From Girardia tigrina (lineage: Eukaryota): DNA of 52,380 nt. Positions within the stretch are counted from its first letter, which is position 1; every line of letters begins with the position of its first letter. Shown piece by piece: positions 37,733 through 48,294 of this stretch. The DNA lies in contig MQRK01196200.1 of NCBI GenBank assembly GCA_001938485.1, positions 13,200 to 65,579 on the forward strand, written 5' to 3'. The notes below the pieces were generated by a model. That model worked only from the letters and a program-made list of their open reading frames with translations, was not told the origin of the DNA and searched no databases. The position numbers and the translations under genes are program-made.

Positions 37733-38330
37733 ATGGAGATCGTGAAAAATATGAATGTCGGCAAAGCGACAGTTGAGGGATAAACGAAGATCGTTTATGA
37801 AATACCGGATTCTGACGGTTTGTGCTTGATTGTGTCCAACGGTAAAATAACCGACGGTGAATGTGTGAAGAGTTACTCGGTGGAAGGCGAAGTGGCGATT
37901 AGTACGAAAACGGCGACTCATATTTTCGAATTATTGTTTTTTGCTGGTATAAAAAGTCATTTTATTAAGCAACATTTCGATACTAGTTTTATTGCTAAAA
38001 AATTATATGATTCCAATTGAGTAGGTCACGAGAAGTATCGCTACGGGATCTTTTCTAAAGAGAAATATCGGTGTTCCCGTGGGTTATAAATTTTGTCCGG
38101 TTAAACAAGAAACGTTTTTCAAAAATGATGCCAATCACGATCCACAATGGTCTTACGAGCAGTTAGTTGCTGCTGAACTGAATATCGGGCCGAAGCAACG
38201 GATTATAACAGAGAAAGATATTCGAGTTATGTTGGAAATAACAATCGCGATTTTTAAAAATTTAGAAAAATTTTGGAGAAGTTTAAATTGTCAATTAGTA
38301 GATATAATGATTGAATGCGGCGTTGATGAC
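37733..38330 (+). pseudogene. PAICS: Intron-less 5' fragment of PAICS/ADE2 (SAICAR synthetase domain)
   Basis: VGKATVEG*TKIVYEI, AISTKTATHIFELL..AGIKSHF, GYKF...ETFFKNDANHDPQWS.EQL, LVDIMIECGVD; contains stops and a frameshift. Confidence 0.9.
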
Positions 38331-38659
38331 TGCCTTCGATTACTTGATGTTCGGTGCGATTCTTTGGATTCGCGAACGTTAGTTGTTTATTTTTCCCCTC
38401 GATCCTAAGCCTGCTCCCTAACACCGGAGTGTCGCGGCCACGCATCTGCTGCGCCCGCTCTCGCACCACATTCAATTAAGATTTTATGAAAAGAATAAAA
38501 GTCACATAATAATTTTAAGCTAAAATTATCAATAAATTATTTTTCTAAATGATATATCTTCTCAAATTTTCAATTAGTTTCTTCTTTTTATTACAACTTT
38601 GAAACCATTATATTTACACGATTCAAAAATGCGTTTCCGCACTTTTCTTTAATTGTTTG

Positions 38660-39049
38660 TAATTTTGATGTCGCAAAGTTATATAAAAATGTAAAGCTCA
38701 GAATATATGGACGTTAAATTTTCATCTGAGATCGAAGGATGTCGCTCTACAAGATCTGGCAACATCGTGAATAAGGTTTTCTTCTGGAAACCTTTGATAG
38801 ATAAAGAAATGATATTTAGTTGGTGTATTTTCTTAATGTAAGTAATTTTTTCTTTCCTGTCTTTCCTTTTAACCAAATTGTAATAATTCCAGTCCCAAAA
38901 TTGAGAAATATTGTTAAGATAAAAATAAATAACAAAAGAAAGATTAAAATATATTTATTAAAAAATATTCACATTTGAATAAGCATCACTTTCACAAAGT
39001 TCTTTTTTATAAATCATTAACTTTATATCATTTAGATTCTAAATTTGAG

Positions 39050-39090
<41 letters not shown>

Positions 39091-39155
39091 TATAAATTAT
39101 TATTAAATAATATTAATTATAATACATCTATACATTCATTAAAATTTTATTAATA
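38660..39155 (-). repeat. Inverted copy of the 24975-25455 repeat
   Basis: Reverse-complement match to 24975-25455, with an expanded (TA)n. Confidence 0.85.
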
Positions 39156-39825
39156 TGGGTTGCCTCATAAGTTTTGTCACAAAAAATACCAAAAAAACAT
39201 CATAATACAATAAAATATAAAATATTTTATCAATTGTCCACGTTATGCAAATTGGAAAAGTAGTGACCATTGTGCTCAATACATCTCAGCCAACGTCAAG
39301 GGAGGCTGCGCATCCCATTTAAGAAAAAATCACGCGGCTTCTTGTCAAACCAATGTAGAAGATCTTCGTTGATATCATTGACACAGGCACAATTATTTCC
39401 TCTAAGTGCACATTTCATTGGAGAGAATAGATAGTAGACAGATGGTAAGAGATCGGGGGAGTATGGTGAATACAAGAGCATTCAGCTTGTCCTTGGTCTT
39501 AGCAGCCGTATGTGGACGAGCATTATCGTGGAGATAATGAACATTGTGTTTTCCTCCATGGAGCAACCGTCTGCGACTCTGTTGAACGGCGATAATGAGA
39601 CGATCAAGTTGAGTACAGTAGACATCTGCATTGATTGTACCATTTGTAGGTTATACATCTAACAAGAGCAGACCTTTACTGTCCTAAAAGACGGAAGCGA
39701 GATGTTTTTGGTTTGTCAGTCTTTGTGGCGGTGTTGCAAGTGGGTTTTCATCCGATTTCCTCCATGATATATTTTTGAAAGCGCCTTCATTGTCCGAGTA
39801 TACACATATCTCATCAGTAGGATGA
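39156..39825 (-). mobile_element. Mariner 3' half (5' part lost at the junction with the LTR-element leader)
   Basis: TA-TGGGTTGCCTCATAAGTTTTGTC terminus; TINADVYCTQL, HYLHDNARPH, SPYSPDLLPSVY. Confidence 0.88.
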
Positions 39826-39874
39826 ACATGTATGTTTTAGACAAATCAATAATTAAACCCACCGGAGGTTACCC

Positions 39875-40266
39875 GTTGCCATGACAACGGTTCCGGTTAC
39901 CATAGCGACGTTCGTGGTTACCATGGATATGGTCACGGTCACCATAGCAACGGTCGTAGTAACCTTAGCAACGGTTCCGATCACCTTAGCAACGCTTTTG
40001 GTTGGTCCTTGGTACCCTAGCAACGGTGCCGGTCCACTTGAAAACGCTTCTGATTGGTTCCCGGTACCCTAGGAACGGTCGTGATAACCTTAGCAACGGT
40101 TCCCTTCACCTTAGCCTAGGCAGCAACGGTAAACAAAGTCTTAGTAACCATTGCAACGGTAACCAAGGGACATTTTTCATTAGCAACGGATACAATGATT
40201 CAAGGCTGTTATAACTATAGTAATTGTAACCATATTCATAACAACCGTGACCCTTTCCTTAGCAAC
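39875..40266. promoter_or_regulatory. Phased array of RFX X-box-like palindromes with interspersed CCAAT/Y-boxes
   Basis: GTTGCCATGACAAC (39875), GTTACCATAGCGAC (39896), GTTACCATGGATAT (39917), GTCACCATAGCAAC (39938), GTAACCTTAGCAAC (39959), ATCACCTTAGCAAC (39980), GGTACCCTAGCAAC (40011) and more; CTGATTGG at 40050-40057. Confidence 0.7.
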
Positions 40267-40485
40267 CAAAGAAAAAAGTGCTAATCGATCGCTGCACAGT
40301 ACCCTAATGTGCTAATCAATATTTTTAAAGGGCTAATCGATAATGCACATTGTGCCGCACATTTTAAATTTTCAATCTACACTTGTGTAAATGTGCAATA
40401 ATCAATACATAAAAATTGTTAAAAGTGCTAGTGTCAAAAAAAAATATTTTAATATATGATTTCTGAACCCTATTGTTACAATTAA

Positions 40486-40503
40486 ATCCCACATCTGACA
40501 CCA
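40486..40503 (-). other. tRNA-Leu primer binding site
   Basis: Minus strand TGGTGTCAGATGTGGGAT, 17/18 to the complement of the tRNA-Leu(CAA) 3' end (TGGTGTCAGAAGTGGGAT), directly after the LTR end. Confidence 0.85.
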
Positions 40504-40505
40504 AT

Positions 40506-41321
40506 TAATATAATGGGTTTTATTACCACTGATTAAATAATATTACGAAATTGAATACGTAGGATTTATTTACAACACCACAATTAAAAGGGATTAATAA
40601 TCAACTTGTATACACAACAAAAAATAATCTTACAAAAATAATCGTAAATTGTTAAGATTGTAACCGTACGTCGCTACCCATAAATCGACGTAGAACTGTC
40701 AGGATAATATGCTCTTCGATCCGTCTGAAATTCGGGATAAACCGTTACAGATTTCGTTGTGATCACAAACTGTTTGTTACACCCAACAATGAATACAGAC
40801 TGTCAGGATAATAATCTCTTCGATCTGTAGTAAATTATGGATAAACTGCGTCACGATAAATTATTCAGTATAAATCAAGTATCTGAATTATTAAAGTACG
40901 GAATTCTGCATCATATATTTTTATTGAATTTTTTTAAAACTGATCTCTTAGCGATCATTGATCATTTTATTTTAAATCCATTTTCATTTTAATTCATTAT
41001 TATTTATACATGACGAATTGTTTTTTTCTTTTTTTCTTTCTCCACTACATTTTTTTCCAAAGTGATATTTTCTGGATTAATTATTTTGCCATTTTTTGGT
41101 GATAAAACAATTTCAAATTGTTAACAGCCGACATGATTGCTTTCAAACATTTCTCAAATAAAATTAAACAAAATCCATATTCAGCATGGATCTATCTAAA
41201 AAAACAAAACCCCAACAAATTAACGCATACACCTCAGATCAAACAGAATATAAACAATTTAGAAGATTTCCCGAAGGGAACGATCACGCAACAATGCATT
41301 AACTAAAATTAATATACTATA
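40506..41321 (-). repeat. LTR (inverted 5' LTR)
   Basis: Reverse complement of 45397-46131 (the right copy lacks ~100 bp); internal ~100-bp tandem duplication (CTGTCAGGATA...CTCTTCGATC). Confidence 0.9.
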
Positions 41322-41381
41322 CCTAAACATCTTAACATACAAATTTTTAAAAAAAAGAAAAAAACTTAACAACAAATTATT

Positions 41382-44300
41382 ATGACAAGTAAACAAAGAA
41401 AACCACTAAACAAATATAATTCATTTGAAGATTTATCCTCAAGCAACAACGACACTGCTTACATTAGCAATCTTGATAAATCACATTTCAAACTACCGGA
41501 ATTTTTTACGGACAAACGTCATTCACCACAACAGTGGTTAGACACATGCATTAGTATGTGTACTTTTAATGGCATCACTAATCATAAACAAATCTGTACC
41601 GCACTAATCAACAAATTAACTCCCGATATCATAATCAAAATAGGAAATGACATAAAAAAATTTTCATTTTCTAACAAACCTCTAACGCTACTACGCGAAA
41701 TATTCACTAAAATTTATCCAGTCAACCAACATGCGGTTTTAGAGGGATGTTACTACGATATCGAGTTATGGGATAGAAAACCCTCTGAATATTTAACCGA
41801 TCTAAATTGTAAAATAACAGACAAAAAAGGTGACCTCAATAACGAGTTAATATAATTCTTCTTTTATCGCATATTACCAACTCACATCAAAGACATTCTA
41901 TTAACACGGGAAGATCAGGGTATTGATTCTCTGGGAATTATAGCTGATAGATTATATGGCAATTTGCAATTTAACGTCTATACAGTATCCAACACTATCC
42001 CAACTTCAAATAAACCATCCAATGATGATAATTATAACATACTCCTAGACAAATTTAAGGAACTATTTAATGAAAATAAAAGTTTTAAAAAGGAGATTCT
42101 GGAATTAAAATCAGCTAGAGAAATCGAACTTTTCAGATCTAGTGGAGACTATGACAAAAAGACCATGTCATAAATCAGAATCTCCTAATAATAAACCAGA
42201 ATGGTGTTACTACCACAATAGATTCGGAATAGAAGCATTCCGTTGTATACAACCATGCAAATTCAAATCACGTATGCTTAACCTAAAAGGTTGTCCAGCT
42301 TAGCACCAATGGTGACTTACCTAAACGGTGTTTTCACGGTGCACCTTCTTAATTGTTCTTTTCGTTATTAGTTGACTTGGGATCAATAGTTTCAGTTCTA
42401 CCTGTTTCGCATTATAAAGAATACCGTTATGTTAATAATGTTAGACTTTATGCGGCCAATGGCTCCGAAATAAGGACATTTGGTCACAAGACTCTCAAAA
42501 TAAATCTGGGGAATAATTGGTATAGTTGAAACTTTATTATTGCTGAAATTCCCCAGGCAATATTGGTGCCGATTTTTTGTCCCATTTTGGTTTACTAATA
42601 GAATGCCAGAATCAAACTTTATTTACTAAAACTTCATCAACAAATAAGGTTCGCGACAACTCTATCGTTCTATTCAAAGATATACACTCGAATATTTTAA
42701 ACACCATATTACCTAGAACAAAAATTACAAATTATTATCGCTCACAAAAATATTGTAATCGGATCAGCTACTAACCAAAAACAATCGAATCAGTTACGAA
42801 CACAAACGAAACATTCGATGAAATGAATAAAGTGGGTTTATTGACAGAAAAATATAAAACAGATTTAGATAAAAAATACCATGGTACATCCAACGGCGAC
42901 CCAACACCTACAATCAATGAATGCACACCAAAACAATCGAATAAGAATATAGTGTCCGATCCAACCATACACAAACTATTAACTCTACAAGAATCACCTT
43001 GCTAATAAGAAACATACGTCCAGCCCGATACTACGACACATCACATAATAACTAATGGATATACTATCCATGAAAAGGTACGACAACTTTCTCCAGAAAT
43101 TTATCTGCAGCAAAAGAAATATTTAGTAATATGTTAGAACAAGGGATCATACAACCATCATCATCCAATTGGTCCTCCGCACTTCTAATGAAGAGAAAAA
43201 AAGATAATACTTGGAGATGTTGTGGAGATTATCGGTGGTTAAATGCAATAACAGTCAAGGACGAATATCCCTTACCGTTATTAAAGGACGCGACTACCAG
43301 ATTATCAAATGCCGCATATTTTAGCAAGATCGACCTTGAAAAGGCATACCATCAAATACCGGTGGCGGAGGATGATATTCATAAAACAGCTATTATCACG
43401 CCATTCGGTCTGTTCGAGTATAATCGTATGCCGTTCGGTTTGAAAAATGCGGCATCAACATTCCAAAGACATATGGATCAAATATTTTCGAAATATCCAT
43501 TCGTGGTCAGCTATTTAGACGATTCCTCTAAGTGCACATTTCATTGGGAGTATAAACCAAGAAGACCATTTGAAACATGTGGAAACCATATTGGACATAC
43601 TAAAAACAAATGAATTAAAAATCAACATTGAAAAGTGCGAGTTCGTTAAAAAAGATGTAAATTTTTTATATCATAATATCAGAAAAGGAAAAATAGCTCA
43701 AATTAAAAACAACAGGGATGTAATATCAGCCATTACTCCTCCGCAGACAGTACGAGACATAAGAAGATTCTGTGGAATGGTAAACTTTACCACCAGTTCA
43801 TTCTACATTGTTCGGAACTTCTGTCTCCGATCAATGAAACCAGAAGAAACAAGCAAAAATAGAGTGGACCAACGAATTGAACATTATTTTTGAAAACATT
43901 AAACACGAACTTAACAAAATCACTGAACTGTCAATGGTACTAAATAATACCATATTAACGCTCACTACTGACGCCTCGAATATTACTATAGGTGCCTCGT
44001 TATGTCAAGTGATTGACTATATTGATTCTCCGATCTCTTTCTTTTCTCAAAAATTAAAATCAACTGAAACGAGGTATTCCACTTTTGATCGTGAGTTATT
44101 AGAGATTTTTCGGGCTGTTAAACACTATCAGTACTTAATAGAGCGTAGGAGTTTCAATATACGTACAGATCATAAGCCACTGGTAAGGATATTCGATATA
44201 GAAAACCCAAGTCCAGGTAGTTACACCAAATATGTTTCTTGTCTCAATTTGACTGTAAAATACAATATTTGGCATTGAAAAGTAATATCGTAGCAGATTG

Positions 44301-45349
44301 TTTATCACGTTCTTACATCAATGAGATAAAATATCTACCTATATTTGACATAGAATCTTTAAAAGGCAATCAGGAATAGGTACGTTTAGAATGTTTTAAC
44401 ACCTTATTAAAATTAAAAAAATAAAAGACATATGGTTTGATCAGTCAATAGACGGTTACAATAGACCATTAATTCCAGAGAACCCCAGAGACAAATGCAT
44501 AAAAGCCATACACGAATTGGGACACTATGGGAACCAAGTTACATACAAAATGCTCTATCTACAAATGTGTTTGCAAAGATGCGAAAAGATATACAAAAGT
44601 TTGTACAAAAGTGTATTGCATGTAACAGAAACAAAAATAATACAAAAAGATTTCCACATTGAAGAGATAAACTAGAATAGTTGCATGTTGATATTACTGG
44701 TCCACTTCCCCCGAACAAAAATTTCAGGTACTTAGTCTGTATAATAGACTTTAAGACTAATTGGTTTGAGGTTTTATAAACAAAAGAAATATCATCTGAC
44801 AATATCGTTCAAGTAATTGAGACTCATTGGATCTGTCGATATGGACCATCGAAGATTATCGTGACAGATCAAGGTAGACAATTTGAGTCTTCACTGTTCA
44901 AAACACTGTGTACTAAGTACAATATAAAGAAGATTCGTACAACTCTTTATAATCCTCAATCGAATGGTAAAATTGAAATCTTCCATAGATATTTTAAACA
45001 AACACTGAGGACTAAATGTAACAATTCAAATTGGTACGATAACATCTACGAGACTTGTTTGGCATTAAGAATCAAACTATATTCTATTACCAACAAATCA
45101 CCACTAGGAAACCTCAAAGGAAAAACGTTAAATTGGAATCTGTTTCGATCAATCAGTTACAACAAAGACAATCTCGTATCGAATAAGAATAAGTATACGG
45201 AGGCTTATGTTAGAAACTCGTTAGCTAGAAATTTCGAAGATAAGTTTGTTGGACCGTATCCCGTAAAATGTGTACAGAATAACACAGTAACTGTTGACAT
45301 AAAGCAGAAAAATAAAACAATCAATTTACGCAATGCCAAATTAAGATAA
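41382..45349 (+). mobile_element. Ty3/gypsy CsRn1/Kabuki-type gag-pol, degenerate
   Basis: Gag FKLPEFF and CHCC motif WCYYHNRFGIEAFRCIQPC (~42202-42260); protease LLVDLGS; RT IDLEKAYHQIP, MPFGL, YLDD; RNase H TTDAS, RELL; integrase TDQGRQFES, QSNGKIE, FVGPY. Confidence 0.93.
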
Positions 45350-45396
45350 TATCATATTCTTTTACACAAGCTCCGCTTTTATTGGGTGGGGGCTAT

Positions 45397-46131
45397 TGTA
45401 ATATATTAATTTTAGTTAATGCATTGTTGCGTGATCGTTCCCTTCGTGAATTCTTCTAATTTGTTTGTATTCTGTTTGATCTGAGGTGTGTGCGTTAATT
45501 TGTTGGGGTTTTGTTTTTTTTAGATAGATCCATGCTGAATATGGATTTTGTTTAATTTTATTTGAGAAATGTTTGAAAGCAATCATGTCGGCTGTTAACA
45601 ATTTGAAATTGTTTTATCACCAAAAAATGGCAAAATAATTAATCCAGAAAATATCACTTTGGAAAAAAATGTAGTGGAGAAAGAAAAAAAGAAAAAAACA
45701 ATTCGTCATGTATGAATTAAAATAATGAATTAAAATGAAAATGGATTTAAAATAAAATGATCAATGATCGCTAAGCGATCAGTTTTAAAAAAATTCAATA
45801 AAAATATATGATACAGAATTCCGTACTTTAATAATTCAGATACTTGATTTATACTGAATAATTTATCGTGACGCAGTTTATCCATAATTTATTACAGATC
45901 GAAGAGAATATTATCCTGACAGTCTGTATTCATTGTTGGTTGTAACAAACAGTTTGTGATCACAACGAAATCTGTAACGGTTTATCCCGAATTTCCGACA
46001 GATCGAAGAGTATATTATCCTGACAGTTCGAAGTTGATTTATGGGTAGCGACGTACGGTTACAATCTTAACAATTTACGATTATTTTTGCAAGATTATTT
46101 AAATGTAGTGGTAATAAAACCCATTATAATA
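45397..46131 (+). repeat. 3' LTR preceded by PPT (GGGTGGGGG, 45384-45392)
   Basis: TGTAATATA start right after the purine tract; matches 40506-41321 inverted. Confidence 0.9.
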
Positions 46132-46269
46132 AATATCATGTGTTTGATGCACATTTTGATTCTCTATCTGAATATGCAATTAGAAATTTTTTTGTGTACG
46201 GAGACCAGTTTTATTTAACATTTAGCTGAAAAAATTAAAAAGTAACTTATCATAATGCTTATATAATAA

Positions 46270-47095
46270 TTACCCTCATACTTTTGATTAATTTACCAAA
46301 CTGTACTTTGTTATATGATCAAAAGATTAATATACAGGGTATGTAGCTTAACTTCATGTTATGAAATTTTTGATGATGAACTCGATACGCTACATAACAG
46401 ACTTAGTTATAATGGATATAATATAAAATATCTAAATAAGATCATTTATAATACGGTAAAATCAATCTATTTAAAACTAATAACTTTATCAATATCAAGC
46501 TTAGTGCTTCTGAGGAAGAGACTAACACAAAGAAACATTTCTAAATTCCCATACTCTGTATAACAAAGAGTTGTAAAAGACTTTTTGAAAAATAGTCTCG
46601 AGTAGGCGTTAAAACTAAATTGGGTTTCCTCACTGACAAAATATTTAATTACTTTTCCAATAAATGAAAAACACAATTTGGTATGAAAGCAAATTTAGTC
46701 TACCAGTTTAAATATCACAAGTACATTGGGGAGACAAATCGTCACCTCCGAACTAAAATTGCTGAGCATACCCAATGAAGTAGAAAAAGCTCTATTTTAG
46801 ATCACATTAAGAGCTGTCATGGAACACACAGGAAAGTAAATGAGAGTGATTTTCGGGTTTTGATTAGTAATTTTGACTGTAACTATGAAAGGATTATTAC
46901 TGAAGCACTGTTAATTAAGTTTCATAAACTTTGTTTAAACATGCAAAGTGATTCGTCCAATTATATTAGAGTATTCTGATGTAAGACATGATGTCATAAT
47001 GGTCTTCCGACTACAAATGCAACAGCGATTTACTTTCTTACAGAACTGACGATACCCCAGAAGTGGCGAACATGTTTTCCAATAAAAATTTAGAT
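46270..47095 (+). mobile_element. Penelope-like element 3' part (RT thumb + GIY-YIG + 3' UTR)
   Basis: LIYRVCSLTS...FDDEL...NGY; NLVYQF..KYIGETNRHLRTKIAEH..ILDH..DFRVL..RIITEALLI...LN. Confidence 0.85.
47043..47079 (+). ncRNA. Degenerate minimal type I hammerhead ribozyme (Penelope-associated)
   Basis: GAA-CTGACGA-tacccc-agaa-gtggc-GAA-CATG-TT-TTC: CUGANGA box, stem II, GAA lacking one A, palindromic CATG stem III; AATAAA follows. Confidence 0.55.
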
Positions 47096-47605
47096 TAAAA
47101 TGACTTTATTGTTTTTTATTATTAAAAATGATATTAGACAAATTGAATTTATTAAAAATAAATTGTACATTATACATTTTATTTATCAGAATCTCTTTCT
47201 CTCTGCCTCCCTCTAAATGATTAGTTATATAAAATATAAAATATATAGCATTTTCAGAATGAAATTGACGATTTTCCAAATTAAATTGACAATTTTTTAA
47301 ATAAATATTATTTGAAAATTAAAGATATAATATACTTTTATTAACAAAAAAATAACAAAAACAATTCAGATAAAATATAAAAAAATATACTAAAAAGAGA
47401 TTGTTTTAATTAAAGATATGCTCTTGTGAAGTCAAAAACATATTCTTCTTACATGTCTAAACCATTCTTCACTATCAAGAGAAGTGATATTTGATATCGC
47501 TTCCTTTATGTTATTCCCTAAATTAAGCCCTCTCCCTATGAGTAAGTTTCTTACACATGTTTTTATTTTACTAAAGCTGAATTCTATCGTGTTTAACATA
47601 TATGA

Positions 47606-47890
47606 TTACGGCGATGGATACTTCGTCGATGTAGAGCTAAGAATATATTGAAGAGCTTCAAGAATATTCACTGTAGAATCAATAAATTGTATAAAAGATT
47701 CACTTTGTTCTACCCAACGAGTCTCACATAAACTTTTCAGATCTCTGTTAAGTACATTTTGCAAAACATAATGTCTTTTAGTAGACACATTAAAAAATGA
47801 TATCATTTTTTCAATTACTGCAATAGAAATACGTATTGACTGAACAGTAGATTTATTAATATTGGAACTAAATTTATACTTTATGCTCAA
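47606..47890 (-). mobile_element. hAT transposase fragment (THAP12/P52rIPK/ZMYM1-like)
   Basis: VQSIR..I..IEKMISFFNVS.KRHYVL....LKSLCETRWVE. Confidence 0.75.
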
Positions 47891-48294
47891 AGATAATAAT
47901 AAACTTAGTAGTTATCTTTTTGAATAAGAATACGAAAGAGCCGCATGAAAGAAACTTAAATTTTATGATGTATCATGGGGTTATTGAAGAATCGTAATCC
48001 AAACAATATTTTTTCATTGTTCAAATTGCATAAAGAACATGTTCAATAATATTAAATGTAATTATAAAGTTTAGGAATAGACGTTTTTCCAAGTTGGACA
48101 GTCCAAGTTCTTTTTAAATATATTAAAGAAATATAATATATTCAATATTATAAAAAATTTAAAAGTTAGAAATTTTATTTTGAAAGATTTTGATTCTGTT
48201 AATTTTTATTGGATAATTAAACAAAAATAAATTTATCCGTTTTCCCATTTACCCTTTCATGATGTTTTAATTATACATTTGATAGATAAAAAAC

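Noticed and set aside
39875-40266. CRISPR array, or a coding heptad repeat (ORFs 39881-40072 and 40002-40214)
   Set aside because: Spacers are only ~7 bp and resemble each other, there are no cas genes and the context is eukaryotic. The 31-bp steps and stop codons break any reading frame, so the ORFs are by-products of the repeat.
41118-41306. Duplicated small ORF MLTADMIAFKH (also 45416-45601)
   Set aside because: It lies inside the LTR, starts at TTG and is frameshifted between the copies.
40506-46131. DIRS-type element or DNA transposon with long TIRs
   Set aside because: It encodes a protease and a DDE integrase rather than a tyrosine recombinase, and the PBS and PPT mark the repeats as ordinary LTRs, one of them flipped.
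10879-47210. One large palindromic segmental duplication explaining all inverted pairs
   Set aside because: The symmetry axes differ (~23.4 kb for FIP1, ~32 kb and ~35 kb for the others) and the flanks are not colinear.
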